NCBI GenBank assembly: GCA_951406725.2
Contig: OX597833.1
Coordinates: 70,122,001-70,186,000 of the forward strand
Reading direction: 5' to 3'
DNA: 64,000 bases
Source of the DNA: Octopus vulgaris
Taxonomy: Eukaryota
A program made the position numbers and the translations under genes. Below are positions 25,650 to 61,000 of this stretch, piece by piece. The first letter of the stretch is position 1. Every line of letters begins with the position of its first letter. The notes beneath the pieces were generated by a model that ran no database searches, was not told the DNA's origin, and saw nothing but the letters and a program-made list of their open reading frames with translations.

Positions 25650-25845
25650 TTATTCTTTTACTTGTTTCAGTCATTTGACTGCGGCCATGCTGGAGCACCG
25701 CCTTTAGTCGAGCAAATTGACCCCGGGACTTATTCTTTATAAGCCCAGTACTTATTCTATCGGTCTCTAAGTGACGGGGACGTAAACACACCAGCATCGG
25801 TTGTCAAGCAATGCTAGGGGGACAAACACAGACACACAAACACAT

Positions 25846-25904
<59 letters not shown>

Positions 25905-26070
25905 TACGACAGGCTTCTTTCAGTTTCCGTCTACCAAATCCACTCACAAGGCATTGGTCGACCCGGGGCTATAGTAGAAGACACTTGCCCAAAATGCCAC
26001 GCAGTGGGACTGAACCCGGAACCATGTGGTTGGTAAGCAAGCTAATTACCACACAGCCACTCCTGCGCCT
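25650..26070 (-). mobile_element. SINE family C
   Basis: Homologous to 16056-16460. Confidence 0.88.
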
Positions 26071-26331
26071 ATATATATATATGTATGTATGTATGCATAC
26101 AATACATGTGTGTACCTACGTATATATGTAATGTATGTATATATGCATGCGTGTATGTATATATATGTGTAATATATATGTGTATATTATTCCTTCGGGA
26201 TGGTATGTGTGTGACTATTGTGTATGAATGTGACGGAGGATGTGTCTTTCTGCCTATCTTTTATTTGTTCCAGTGTGAGTCCGTCTGTCTGTTTGTCAGT
26301 GTACGCGTGTGTGTGTGTGTGTATGTGTATA

Positions 26332-26364
<33 letters not shown>

Positions 26365-26662
26365 TTACTTTAGTGAGTGTGTAGGAAGAGGCGAGAGACA
26401 GCTTTTTTTTTGTTGGGGGGGATGAGGGCTGTGATTATGCGTATGTGTGTCATATTGTGCTTGCGTGTGCGTGTGTGAATCTGTGGGTGTGTGTATGGTA
26501 ATGGATTTCAAGTAATAGTGCGTGCTGCTATGTACTGAGGGCCAGGAGGTGGTGGCTCAAGCAATTGTGAAGAATATGTATTGTGTGGCTTGGAGGGTGG
26601 GGGGGCGTTGACTGGAATCTGACATGTGACATGTATCGGGGTGACGGTTACAATTGATATAT

Positions 26663-26752
<90 letters not shown>

Positions 26753-26824
26753 CTATATATGCATATACATGTATATACATACATATATATATATATGTAT
26801 ATCTATATATGCATATACATGTAT

Positions 26825-26870
<46 letters not shown>

Positions 26871-27017
26871 ATTTATGTATATATACATATATATATATAT
26901 ATGTATATCTATATATGCATATACATGTATATGCATGTATTTATATTTATGTGTATGTATATATCTGCATATGAACATATGCATATATATATATACATAC
27001 CTATATATACATATATA

Positions 27018-27050
<33 letters not shown>

Positions 27051-27088
27051 TTAAATGGAAGTATATATGTTCGCGCACATGTGTACAA

Positions 27089-27140
<52 letters not shown>

Positions 27141-27687
27141 GTGTATATACATACATGTATATGTATATATATATACCGTGTGTGTAAAACAAGGTCATTG
27201 TGCGCCCTCAGTCTGTAAACATCTCATCTGGTCGAGCGGAATAAACTTCTGTTTGCTGTTTTCAGACAAGGAAATAATAGAAAGAGAGGAAACATGTTTT
27301 GTGATACGTAATTCTGTTAACACTACATTACCACGCACACACACACACACACACACTCTCTCTCTCTCTCACACACACACACACATTCTCACACGCACAT
27401 ACGTACTCAATTATTTTACTCCCACTGTCTCTGTTTTCCTTTCTTCAAATTAATTCTTATTTTTTCGTTTGCAAAGAAAACTCGCACCTCGCCCAACCAG
27501 ATCGCTCGTATGGTTTGCCTCAAAAACATAAAGATCTACTTTTGAATTAGAAAGGAATTCTACTGTTTATCGCACATCATTACAACAGGTAAATATAAGA
27601 TTTTTTTTATATCATTATATCATTATTTGTATTACCAAACGACGTGGCCATGCTGGAGTACCGACTTGAATGTTTTTTTCTTTTAAA

Positions 27688-28245
27688 GCGGCGAATTGGC
27701 AGAACCGTTAGCACGACGGGCGAAATGCTTAGCAGCATTTCGTCTGCCGCTACGTTCTGAGTTCAAATTCCGCCGCGGTCGATTTTGCCTTTCATCCTTT
27801 CGGGGTCGATAAATTAAGTACCAGTTACGCACTGGGGTCGATATAATCGACTTAATCCGTTTGTCTGTCCTTGTTTGTCCCCTCTGTATGTAGCCCCTTG
27901 TGGGTAGTAAAGAAATAGGTATTTCGTCTGTCTTTACGTTCTGAGTTCAAATTCCGCCGATGTCGACTTTGCCTTTCATCCTTTCGGGGTCGATTAAATA
28001 AGTACCAGTTATGCACTGGGGTCGATATAATCGACTTAATCCGTTTGTCTGTCCTTGTTTGTCCCTTCTGTGTTTAGCCCCTTGTGGGTAGTAAAGAAAT
28101 AGGTATTTCGTCTGTCTTTACGGCTCTGAGTTCAAATTCATCTTTTCGGGGTCGATAAATAAAGTAACAGTTGCGTACTGGGGTCGATCTAATCGACTGA
28201 CACCCTTCCCCAAAATTTCGGGCCTTGTGCCTAGAGTAGAAAAGA
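27688..28245 (+). mobile_element. Tandem family B SINE array
   Basis: Three consecutive units. Confidence 0.85.
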
Positions 28246-28330
28246 CTATTTGTATTACCAAATGTAACAATCAAATAATGCGATATGTGTACCTACGTAT
28301 GCATGTGTATATGTGTCTATATATCCTTTG

Positions 28331-28710
28331 GGAGGCGCAATGGCCCAGTGGTTAGGGCAGCGGATTCGCGGTCATAGGATCGCGGTTTCGATTCCCAGAC
28401 CGGGCGTTGTGAGTGTTTATTGAGCGAAAACACCTAAAGCTCCACGAGGCTCCGGCAGCGGATGGTGGTGATCCCTGCTGTACTCTTTCACCACAACTTT
28501 CTCTCACTCTTACTTCCTGTTTCTGTTGTACCTGTATTTCAAGGGGCCGGCCTTGTCACTCTCTGTGTCACGCTGAATATCCCCGAGAACTACGTTAAGG
28601 GTGCACGTGTCTGTGGAGTGCTCAGCCACTTTCACGTTAATTTGACGAGCAGGCTGTTCCGTTGATCGGATCAACCGGAACCCTCATCGTCGTAACCTAC
28701 GGAGTGCTTC
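28331..28710 (+). mobile_element. SINE family A
   Basis: Near-identical to 850-1228. Confidence 0.9.
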
Positions 28711-29254
28711 CCCCCTCCTAATATCCTTTCATCTATCTATCAGTCTCTTCTTCTTTCTATCTATGTATCTGTCTAATAGTCTGCATAACTATCAGTCTGT
28801 TTCTCCATCTGTGTACTCTATTCATGTATCCATCTACCTCTCTATTTGTCCGTCTGAGTTCCCATTAATCTATCTAAAACTCTATTTATCTGTATATTTA
28901 TTTATGTGTCTGAATCTCAGCCTTTATATCTATCTCTCTTCCCCATACATCTATCTACCTAACTAGTTATCCCTTTGCATATCACTGTCGCTATAAGTGC
29001 TTGCGTGTGTGCTTATATGTACGCACAATTATGCCAGCCATGGATTGCGTATTATTCTCTGTGACGGCCAGTGCCTAATTGTATATGGGAAATGCAAACC
29101 CTAGGAGGCTCTCTCTTTCTCTCGTTCTTTCTCCTTCTCTGTCTCCCCCTCTCTGTCTGTCTGTCTCTTCCCTATCCCTTCTCCTTTTCTATACCCCTCT
29201 CTCTCTCTCCTGCTGTCTTTTGCGCTTAATGAGTTCTATAGTTCTGGCAATTGA

Positions 29255-29485
29255 AGGCGGCGAGCTGGCAGAAACGTTAGCACGTCGGGTGAAATGCGTA
29301 GCCGCATTTCGTCTGCCGTTACGTTCTGAGTTCAAATTCCGCCGAGGTCAACTTTGCCTTTCATCCTTTCGGGGTCGACTATATAAGTACCAGTTACACA
29401 CTGGGGTCGATATAATCGACTTAATCCGTTTGTCTGTCCTTGTTTGTCCCCTCTGCGTTTAGCCCCTTGTGGGTAGTAAAGAAAC
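29255..29485 (+). mobile_element. Family B SINE with target-site duplication
   Basis: TATAGTTCTGGCAATTG lies directly on both sides (~29237 and ~29487). Confidence 0.88.
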
Positions 29486-30001
29486 ATATAGTTCTGGCAA
29501 TTGCGTCAACGTTGATGCGAACTGCATGAGTAACAAGCACAGAAAATGATAAAGTTTTTTTCGTATCTTACTTGGAAAATGCAAGACCACATCTTCTTCC
29601 AACCGCCATTCCAATCAGCAGCATCTTCTACAAGACATCTTCTCTCTAGTAAAAACATAGCATAGACACACCAAACAATTACTCTGACACCCATTATGTT
29701 GTTAGATCAAGGATATTTTGGCGCCGTCTGAGTTTGAAATACGTTATTAAAATTTCAAAATTTAAAATTAAATTATAGTTTCATAAACATAGTATGTGGT
29801 TTCAAATACGATTGAAGGCAGAACCGTAAATTATTTCATTGTCTTCTTTTTATCATAAAACTGTTACTCGAAGTTTCACGTTCCCGACGAACATTTTCTA
29901 AAGATTTTGCAACTTTCACAAAAGCATATTGCTCTACTTAGGTATTCGAGTATTATTTTTACCGCCTTCTTTTGCATTTATGTGCCTACTTATGTATGTA
30001 C

Positions 30002-30085
<84 letters not shown>

Positions 30086-30694
30086 TCCTGTACTAAACTC
30101 TCGTGTGTTTACATATTTTTCACTCATTGGTGATGCCTTGTACTTAATGTGAAATTTATATATATATATATATATATAACTGTAAGATTAAGGAATCGAG
30201 GTGCTAGAAGGGTAGCTTCATGCAATCCGTAGTAAATATAAAAAAAACAACTTTCAGGGACAATATTGGATTATTGAGATGGAAGGTTGTGGATTTTTTC
30301 ATATCGAAGTACATTAAACTGAAAAAAGTTCTTTTTATATTTCACGGTAGGGGACCAGGGTTGTCGGATGTGTAAATAAGAATGCAAGAGTTAAGGAATG
30401 GAGTAGATAAGATCCGGGCTACATATGTTTCATAGCGAGCGGAATCTCAGAAGTGGTAAATATCCATGAGAAATATATACCACAGGCTACTCTTCAGGCC
30501 AAGGATATCTTGAAAAACACACACACACATACACACACATATACATATATACGTGTGTGAGTGTGTATGTATGTATGTATGTATGTATGTATGTATGTAT
30601 GTATGTATGTATGTATACTAAATCGGCAGCTGCTTTTGGCCCATTTATAATAACATATTTGAGTTCTTCTTTCTCTATTTTATTATAAACAGAA

Positions 30695-51258
<20,564 letters not shown>

Positions 51259-51341
51259 CTGGAAGCCGTGTACCATCATAATTGCAACAAGCCTGAATAC
51301 ACTGAAATCAATAAAACAATTAAGAGCATCGAATATATATA

Positions 51342-51377
<36 letters not shown>

Positions 51378-52713
51378 TGTATGTATGTATGTATGTATAT
51401 ACACGCAATGATTAGGAGGACATCTCACTTTAGAGATATAAAAAGGTTAGGATTTAAGAAGGAAGACTTCGGCAATTATGCTGAAGAAAGAGAATAACTG
51501 TATCTACGCATAACTTCTTTGTTAACAGCTCTGTTTCCCCACTCAGTTAGTTGTTGGTATAATTTACCAATCTCTCAGTCGATATTTGTCCAAGCGACAC
51601 CATTTACTGAATATTTCTGTTATGACATTTAAAACGTTAATAAATTTATTGAGGTTCGCGATTACCAGTTGCTTCTACACTGTCCACGATCCCCAGGTAT
51701 TTCTCTCGTTGCTGTCTGGTTTACATCTTCCATTTATTTTTCATTTTATGATATTGCTGTTTTCCCCATTTGAAGTTTACTTCTGCAGTTTCATTTGAAT
51801 GGGTCAATTTCTTTTGAATTAAATTAAACATATAAATTGAATTATATTAAACATATAAAAATGTTGTTTGTAAAGTATACTAGCCATCTCAATATGGCTA
51901 ACCACTAAGGGTGGGTGTTACTGTAGCTTTTAGTCCCAGCAGATCATCGTCTCCAGCTGGCTTTAGGCACACTTTCTGTGCCCTTATGGTATTTGCAAAG
52001 GGGGGGGTCATCCCTCTCTCGCCAACCTAAGTGATACGCACAGACTGCAGTCTCTAGGTATTTGCCTGTCTTCGACGTACGGCAGCCACCGGTTTACGAT
52101 GAAAGGGAGACCTGTTTGTAAATACTTATTGTTTTTCTAGTAACTTCCGTCACTGATTTCGAAAAACTGTCTGCAAGCAATACTAAATCTCTGAACGAGA
52201 TGTAAAATATTGTAAAATGTTTCAATATAAATTTATGTATTTTATATGCGAGCAACCAACTTTGTTAAGCGAAGAATTACAAGATTTATAACTATTGCTA
52301 ACAGTAAGATGTTGTGCTTATGTTATACAGCTGTGCATTAAATATAACAAAGAAATAAAATGTTATTTCTCTCTTACAGTACGTTTTGTGTTGTTTGTTT
52401 TCAAAACGTTTATTCTTTTATTCTTTTATTCTTTTATTCTCGGTGAAAGCAAGGAATCCAAGTGATAAATTCTGTGATCTCTGATTAAATAATTTGAAGT
52501 TGTTATAGATTAGTTGCACGTCTTAAATAGCCCCGCAACTGAAAATGTTTATAATTTTCCGTCTTAAATCTCTGCAAAACTCCTTTCCCAAGAATACATC
52601 TTCATTTGCTGGAATAAGAAAATCCGTTTTTATCTTGGTAACGACAGCGATTTAAAACTTTTGTGGTAAAAACATGATGTTTGTTGGCGGTGTTGGTTAT
52701 GGTGGTGGTAATG

Positions 52714-53143
52714 CTACGTTCTGAGTTCAAATTCCGCCGTGGTCAACTTTGCCTTTCATCCTTTCGGGATCGATTAAATAAAGTACTAGTTACGCACTGG
52801 GGTCGATACAATCGACTTAATCCGTTTGTCTGTCCTTGTTTGTCCCCTCTGTGTTTAGCCGTGGCTATACTGGAGTACCGCCTTGAAAGGTTTTTTTTTC
52901 TTTCTTTCATAGCGACGAACTGGCAGAATCGTTAGCACGCCGGGCGAACTGCTTAGCAGTATTACGTCTGCCGTTACGTTCTGAGTTCAAATTCCGCCGA
53001 GGTCGACTTTACCTTTCATCCTTTCGGGGTCGATTAAATAAGTATCAGTTACCCACTGGGGTCGATATAATCGACTTAATCCGTTTGTCTGTCCTTGTTT
53101 GTCCTCTCTGTGTTTAGCCCCTTGTGGGTTGTAAAGAAATAGG
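52714..53143 (+). mobile_element. Family B SINEs (two units)
   Basis: Family B core present twice. Confidence 0.82.
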
Positions 53144-54887
53144 TAATGCTACTTGTTGTTGTAATCCTTGTCACCCACGTGAAGATGGTGGTTGTGGAGG
53201 CTTTGTTGTTACAGCTGCGAGTCCCCTTGGTGTTACTATGGTTCTTGCTGTTGTTACGTCAGCTTCCGTTCTGAGAGCGTTGAAAAAGTTGGTGTCGATG
53301 ATATTGCTACAAAATTGACCCGAAAATTTTCAAGCTCACATTTTCACCTTGGTAACTGAACAGCCTCCTCCGAGAGATTGCTGACACATGTCACGTCTAC
53401 TTCTCACTGCTTGTCTCCCTTTTATTATCAACCCTGTCGCCAATGTAAAAAAAATTATTGTTTTACAATGACAGATGACAGTACAATAACTGTTAATTAC
53501 AGAAGTCATAGATTGACAAACCATTTTTGCCAACAGTTTCAAAGGCAGTGGAAAATCAATAAAACCAGACCCGGTTCTTCACTGCTATTTTATTTCATTG
53601 ACTCCGAAAGGATGAAAGGCAAAGTCGACCTCGGCGGAAGTTGAACTCAGAACGTAACGGCAGACGAAATACGGCTACGCATTTCGCCCGGTGTGCTAAC
53701 GTTTCTGCCAGATCGCTCCTTTTTTTTGTGGCAAAAGAGTACAGCAGAGATCGCAACCACCCCTTGCCGGAGCCTCGTGGAGCTTTAGGTATTTTCGCGC
53801 AATAAACACTCACAACGCCCGGTCTGGGAATCGAAATCGCGATCTTACGACCGCGTGGCCATTGCGCCTCCACCTGTTTGACTCCTTCTGTCAAACCAAA
53901 GGATTAGTGGGATCTAAACAAACCAACGTAGGGCATAAAGCGTTACACACATGTGGGATACACACGCATATACACTCACACACACACACTCGGGCGCATT
54001 CATACACACACACACACATAAGCACACATTCACATACACACATAAGCGCACAAACAACGGACTTCCACAGTTTCCGTCTACCAAATTCACTCATCATCTT
54101 GCAACAAATATTTAGCCCGGGGACACAATAGAAAAACATTTGCTCTGGGTGCCGCACTGTAGAACCGAACCCGAAACTACGGACATTTTAAACGGTGCCC
54201 CAGCATGGCCGCGGCCATCGGGCTAAAACATTTTAAAGGATTTTAAGGATATACAAAGAATTTCTTAATGATTTAAACAACCGAGAACTTAAAGAACACG
54301 CAACTACGCAAAATTAGTCGCGATTTTAGACAGATAAACGGTGGTGCATCAGCATGGCCGCAGCTCTGAGCTGAGACTGAAAAAAAAAAGAGAGAAAAAA
54401 AAGAAAAAAAAGAAAGAGAGATTGCTTTTTCAAAGTTAACTTCTAATAAATTTCTTCCGAGCCAGGATTAACGATTTGAGGATAGAGTTGTCTCCCATGT
54501 TTTCAATTGGTACTTACGTAATTTATTCCCTTGATATTGAGAGTTATTTCCCTTGACATGATTTTATTCGGTTTTTAGTTTTGGAGTCAATGACTTCGCA
54601 AAATGCTTTTACAAAATATCGATAAAATTAAAAAATATATATAATTAAATGTTATATATCGTAAGACGAGCGATAGACTGGACTATCTTTGTTATTCGGA
54701 TAAAATTATTGAAAAATTTACAGGCGTGGTTGTGTGGTAAGAAGCTTCCTTCGCAATCAAGTTTTACATTTTAGATTTTATGTTTTCGTTTTCCGTTTTT
54801 AGTTTTCAATTTTTTTCTTTTTTTTTTGTTAACCTTCCGCGTTTTCTATGTTGCCCTCTCTGATTTTTCGCCTATATATATATATAG

Positions 54888-55115
54888 GCGGCGAGCTGGC
54901 AGAAACGTTAGCGCGCCGGGCGAAGTGCTTAGCGGTATTTCGTCTGTCGTTATGTTCTGAGTTCAAATTCCGCCGAGGTCGACTTTATCTTTCATCCTTT
55001 CGGGGTCGGTAAATAAAGTACCAGTTTCGCACTGGGGTCAATGTAATTGACTTACTCCCTTTGTCTGTCCTTGTTTGTCCTCTCTGTGTTTAGCCCCTTG
55101 TGGGTAGTAAAGAAA
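54888..55115 (+). mobile_element. Family B SINE
   Basis: Full-length copy. Confidence 0.87.
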
Positions 55116-55343
55116 TATATATATATATATACACACATATAACTGTGTATGTACAGGATGTGTGTGTGTGTGTGTGTGTGTTGTATTTAGGATTGACCAT
55201 GTTGCCAGTTTAGCCAATAAAAACATACGCACTTTATATTTGGTGCTTATTTGCTTCAGCTTCGTTTATTTTTTACATTAATCTTTATCTTATTTCGGCC
55301 AGAATTCTTTCGTCACACTTCTGTGACCTCATCATATATATAT

Positions 55344-55750
55344 GTGATTTCAACCTGATGTTAAAGGGCTTTAGGTGACATACGTATGTTGCGAATGACG
55401 TTGTGTTGCGTCTCTCCGGACCCTGAAAGAAGATCTGTTTGTTCAGGCAAATTTTAAATTTAGATATTCACATGATCCGACATAAGTTTTAATGTGTGTT
55501 CCAGTGTTGGCATTGATGTTCCTGATATTTGTGCCGCTTCTGTTTGAGGCTACTTTTACTTGGTGCAAATTACTGGAAAATTTCTGAACCCTATCGATAT
55601 GGAACAAGACTATGTAAATTGTGTATGGCAGAAAGTTATATAATCCTTATGAACTCACATGAACCAGGAGGCTACCTGAACTCCAGGACGGAAGTCGTGG
55701 GGAGTTGACCACATTTTCGGAAATTTTTACTTCAAAATTGGAAAACCTAG
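55344..55750. pseudogene. Second GIY-YIG PLE relic with an internal inversion
   Basis: Minus ~55344-55520: KTYVGSCE...NRSSF, then after a frameshift TTSFATYVCHLK. Plus ~55582-55750: SEPYRYGTRLCKLCMAESYIIL...YLNSRTEVVGS*PHFRKFLLQNWKT*. Both parts align to the 20101 ORF. Confidence 0.72.
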
Positions 55751-56084
55751 CTATCAAACGAAAGAAGACAACTCGCACGGCCATAATATTTTAAGATGAA
55801 TACTTCTTTAATTATCACCGGCCTTATTGCGTTTTAAAACACTTGGACCAGTATTGGTTGTTAAGCGATGGCGGAGGAGGCAAAAAACAGTTATAGTGGC
55901 TAGATCATACCACTTTGTCATGTGAGAGGGGGTGTACTATTTTCACTACAACACATTACTATTGTTTTCAACGAACATTTGAAATACGTAAGTCAAAACA
56001 CAAAGAGACATAAAAACAAAAACGGTTTTATTTGCTAATAATACAGAGATGTATAATATGAGTACAATAGCTTACTATATATAA

Positions 56085-56330
56085 TCTTTTATTCTTTTAT
56101 ACGTTTCAGTCTTAAGCATGTGGCCATGCAGGAGCATCGCCAGCGTAGTTATCTTTTCAATGTCCAACCTTACGTGACTGGCGTTTGGTGAAGGAGAGAG
56201 TTCGATACAGCTGTCCTCTTTTGGATTTCTTGCCGTGATATAGGTTCGTCGGGGACCTTGGATACCAGGAGATCAAGTTGATCCTTTAAAACATCAAACC
56301 TTACTCCAGATGTCTTGGCAAGGCACAAAA
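56085..56330 (-). mobile_element. CR1-like LINE 3' end sharing its tail with SINE family C
   Basis: Minus frame DVLKDQLDLLVSKVPDEP...SNSLLHQ, followed by GGCGATGCTCCTGCATGGCCACA...GACTGAAACGTATAAAAGAATAAAAGA. Confidence 0.6.
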
Positions 56331-56368
56331 TAGCTTGGGGTCTTATACCCCAAGCTATATATATATAT

Positions 56369-56444
<76 letters not shown>

Positions 56445-56817
56445 GTCTGTGTGTAAGTATGTGGTGCTAAAAGAAAACTATAAGTGAGGAATAGTAAAAG
56501 ACCTATCGGTAGATTTTATTATTCTATCATCGTTTTTCAGGCAGATTCTGTAGCCATGCTGGAGCATCGCAATATTGAATAATTGTATAAAAGCAAGCGT
56601 AGATATAAGTGCATGAAATAAACAAAAATATTTCGATTGTAACATCTTAAGTTTGGAAAACACCCGTAAAAACCAGAAATAATGAAAATGTTATATAATT
56701 TCTTTAACATTAATATATTATATAACCTGCAAGTTATACTTCCTAGCTGGGGGTTATATATATATGAGCATTAGTGTATGAGCACAGGGTCTCTTTCTTT
56801 CTCTCTCTCTCTGTAGG

Positions 56818-56885
<68 letters not shown>

Positions 56886-57100
56886 TTTTAATACTTTTGA
56901 TATATATTTAAAATAATATTAATTAATTAATTTTATGTATTGGCTTATGTTTTTCATTGTTTGATTTGCCTAATAGTGGTTTTATCTCTAATTTGATATA
57001 ATACAATATAATATAATATATTTTACTATAAAATTAGATTTAATCCTAAATCTGATTTTTCCTTGTAAGTTTGGATTTATTCCCTAATATTTTATTATTA

Positions 57101-57140
<40 letters not shown>

Positions 57141-57145
<5 letters not shown>

Positions 57146-57356
57146 AAGTTAATCCAAACAAGAAAGCACAAAAAAAAACACAACAACGCGAGGACGTGGA
57201 ACAAATATAGTATTATTGGACGCTCAGGAAAGAAGGAAAGAAGGAGGGTTCAACGTTTCGAGCGGAGCTCTTCGTCGGAAACATAGGAGAAGGAAAGATC
57301 CAGAGAAGGGAAGACAGAGGAAAAAAAATCGCCAACGGTACACACGAGGTCACATT
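57141..57356 (-). mobile_element. Copy of the 12844 hammerhead-bearing element, immediately 3' of the gene C stop
   Basis: Homologous to 12844-13050; hammerhead at 57248-57282 on the same strand as gene C. Confidence 0.72.
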
Positions 57357-57366
57357 TATATATATA

Positions 57367-57417
<51 letters not shown>

Positions 57418-57419
57418 AT

Positions 57420-57755
57420 TCAAATACTGATAGAATTAGGAATGTTGGCAGGATCCAAGACATCATAAGGGACTTCTAAGGTCCTATTTCTTTTTCTGAT
57501 TCCGTCACCAATTCTTTTCAAGTCTGATTGGAAACTAAAATAAAAAGAGAGAGAGAGAAGGAAAAGAAAAAAAGAAATAAGAAAAATATAAACAAATACC
57601 TGTTTAACAAGTTGTCGTTAATACAGGTGAAATTCTATGCACGGAGGACATTCTATAAGTCTATCAGTGTCAATCAAGAATTTGATTTACCAAGACTTTA
57701 TCACATGCTCTTCACCAGTTTCAGCTCCGTTTCACGCACGCACACACACACACAC

Positions 57756-57809
<54 letters not shown>

Positions 57810-57816
57810 TACATAT

Positions 57817-57866
<50 letters not shown>

Positions 57867-57958
57867 TCATCTACCTAATAGTGAGGTCTCATTCTTTTGT
57901 TATCATTTTGTTATTATATACCTCAGTTATTATCATATATCGTACAGCATGATATCAG

Positions 57959-58042
<84 letters not shown>

Positions 58043-61000
58043 ATATATATATATATGATAACATTTTCATGTCTCCACACTTTATGATTATAGTATTATA
58101 TCATGTTATCACGTCACATTGTCACATTATGATGTATTATTTGATATCCTACCAATATCACATGTCGTATATATTCTCGCATAATTAAATATTCATACTT
58201 ACACTTTGACACAACCAACTGCCTTCGGATCGTAGATATATTGTGTTTCAAAATCACCCAAGGAATTGGTCCCCTTTTGACTGAATACGTGGGTCAACGT
58301 TAAAACGTCAAAAGTTGTCGCTTTGTTAGGTAGGGCAGCAATGATGTCCTTCTCCGTTTTAGGTCTCTACAGATGGAAAATGACGAACAAGATAGAAACG
58401 ACAATAAATAGTTGTTCTAACAATAATAACGAACATATAGGAAGCAATGAATGATACAATTACTGGTATTGCGGGAGCTTGCTGGGTTACAGAAAAGCTC
58501 GGTAGACATAAATGAAATAGTGTGAAATTAAAATCATTGCAATGTATATTCGCTGCAAGGAGACACGGCATGATGCTAAGACAAAATTTCGTATGTGTAC
58601 ATATATAGACGTATGAGTGGCTGTGTGGTAAGTAGCTTGCTCACGAACCACATGGTTCCGGGTTCAGTCCCACTGTGTGGCATCTTGGGCAAGTGTCTTC
58701 TCCTATAGCCTCCGGCCGACCAAAGCTTTGTGAGTGGATTTGGTAGACGGAAACTGAAAGAAGCCCGTCGTATATATGTATATATGTATATATGTATGTG
58801 TGTGTATATATTTGTGTGTCTGTGTTTGTCCCCCCAGCATCGCTTGACAACCGATGCTGGTGTGTTTAGGCCCCGTAACTTAGCGGTTCGGCAAAGTTAC
58901 GACCGATAGAATAAGTCCTGGGGTCGATTTGCTCGACTAAAGGCGGTGCTCCAGCATGGCCACAGTCAAATGACTGAAACAAGTAAAAGAGAAATGAGAT
59001 ATACTTACATATGAGTGTTGTTTGTGTGTGTGTGTGTGTGTGTGTGTAATTATGTATGCATCTAAGTATCCTTAGATACACAAACACACATTCATTCGTC
59101 ACACCAATTCCTTTCAAGCTCAGCATCATTTCTTCCTGAGACGAAGCCATAAACAACAAAATGACAAACTTACTTTGTCTTTTAACAGCGGTGACCTGAG
59201 CATCGATGGATAGTTTGCAGGGAAACCATATTCTTCATACTGCAGGAAATTGACAGCGGCATGTGTCACGCTACAGGTAAAAATTATTACGGCTAGAATA
59301 TCTTTTAATTCTTCCTTTGAAGACACGTGACCTTTACCATCTTTCATTGGTAAACCCTGTAACAGAAAATAATAGAAGCTATTTCATATTCGACCGTATT
59401 TAAGTGTGAAATATTTTTGCTTAGAGATTAAGGGTTTATATATTTTGTAAGTGAGGTATTGTTAATCTTGTTTCGGTTTCAAAACGTGTGCTTATGTTGA
59501 GGGTAACGATGTTTTAAGCAGACTGGCAGTTAAATCTATTATATACCGTAAGAGACTGCAGCTGGTGTAATGGCATTGGTAGTAATTGTTGCGCTACAGA
59601 TTAGAGTTCGTGGGTTCAATTTCTAGACCAAGCGTCACGTGGTAAGACCGAAGGTTGTAACATAAAAGAGTTAAGGTGGCGAGCCGACAGAATAGTCAGC
59701 ACGACGGACAAAATGCTTAGCGACATTTCATCCGTCTTTACGCTCTGAGTCCAAATTCTACTGAGGTCGACTTCACCTTTCATCTTTTCGGGGTCAATAA
59801 AATAGAGACCAGTTGGACACTGAGGTTGATGTAATTGATTTGCCCCTTCTTCCAATATTTCTTGGCTTCTACCAAAATTTCAACCAATATAATTTGAAGG
59901 GATGGTCGGATTAGACGAAGTATATCTCGTATAGATCAATAGAAGGAAAAAACAAAAATAGAATATTTTTAACCCCAGGACAAACCTTTCTGCATGCTTT
60001 TTTTCAGGCACAATGTATCTAGGACTAAATTTATAAAAAGAAAGTCTTCCACTTTATAAAACAGGTGGTTCTAATAATAAAGGTGTGTTGACTTATAGAA
60101 CTAACAGGTTGAACGGTCCGGCGTAGGGATGTTGAGAAAAATAAGGAACCCTAATTCTATACAAGTTCACGGACAACAACAGCAACAATAACAACAACAA
60201 AAACAACAACCAGTCTCCAATAATTATAAACATCATTTACCTGTACGCCTCCATTCTCGTGTCCTACGGCCATACTTTCGATCCAGTTTTGTATCTCCCA
60301 GTCATTATCTACATCGTTTTCATCAGCTGAATTTGTAATTAAAACAGAAATGTAATTGGGAAAATTAAGAAAGATTAATTGGATAAAATTAATAAAACTT
60401 TTCTGGCTTCAGAGTTTGTAAGAATTATAGAAAAAAGATTAATATAAATGTCAACAACAAAAACTGAATGTCGTCGCAACTCAAGGTTCAGTTTCTAAAA
60501 CAATAGAAAGAAATTAATTCCTTCGGTCAGGGCCCTTCAGTCTCTGACAACCACAGAGCATGGTTTGTTGTATTTGAAAATGAGGATGCTGCTACATGAG
60601 AAACGACGAGAAGAAAAAATGGAGAGGGAAGTTGATGCAAAAAGTGGAATTGGAAGGGTAGATAAAGAAGGGTAGATAAAAACAGGAAAGGAAAGAAAAG
60701 AAAAGAAATTTAGAATTACGTCCCCTTTTACTGTAGAAGTCATAGCTAACTAGTTGTTGTAAAATTTAGTTCAACACTGTGGGCCCTTCTCCGTTGAATT
60801 ATTTCAAACATTTTCTCGAAATAAAATTTCCAAATATGAAATATGAAAATCAAAAGGCTACCGACAAAAACTTCAAATTTTAAATTAAAAGATTGAAAAT
60901 GAAATAAAGTAATATGTAAAAAAAAAAAAAAGTTTCTCTCCTTACAGAAACCTAAAGTTCTGAATGTTCAGTTTCTATCGAAATCTTTAGAAACAGGGCC

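Noticed and set aside
27470-27588. Candidate 5' UTR exon of gene B ending CAG|GTAAAT
   Set aside because: Plausible, but it rests on a single donor-like motif and needs transcript evidence.
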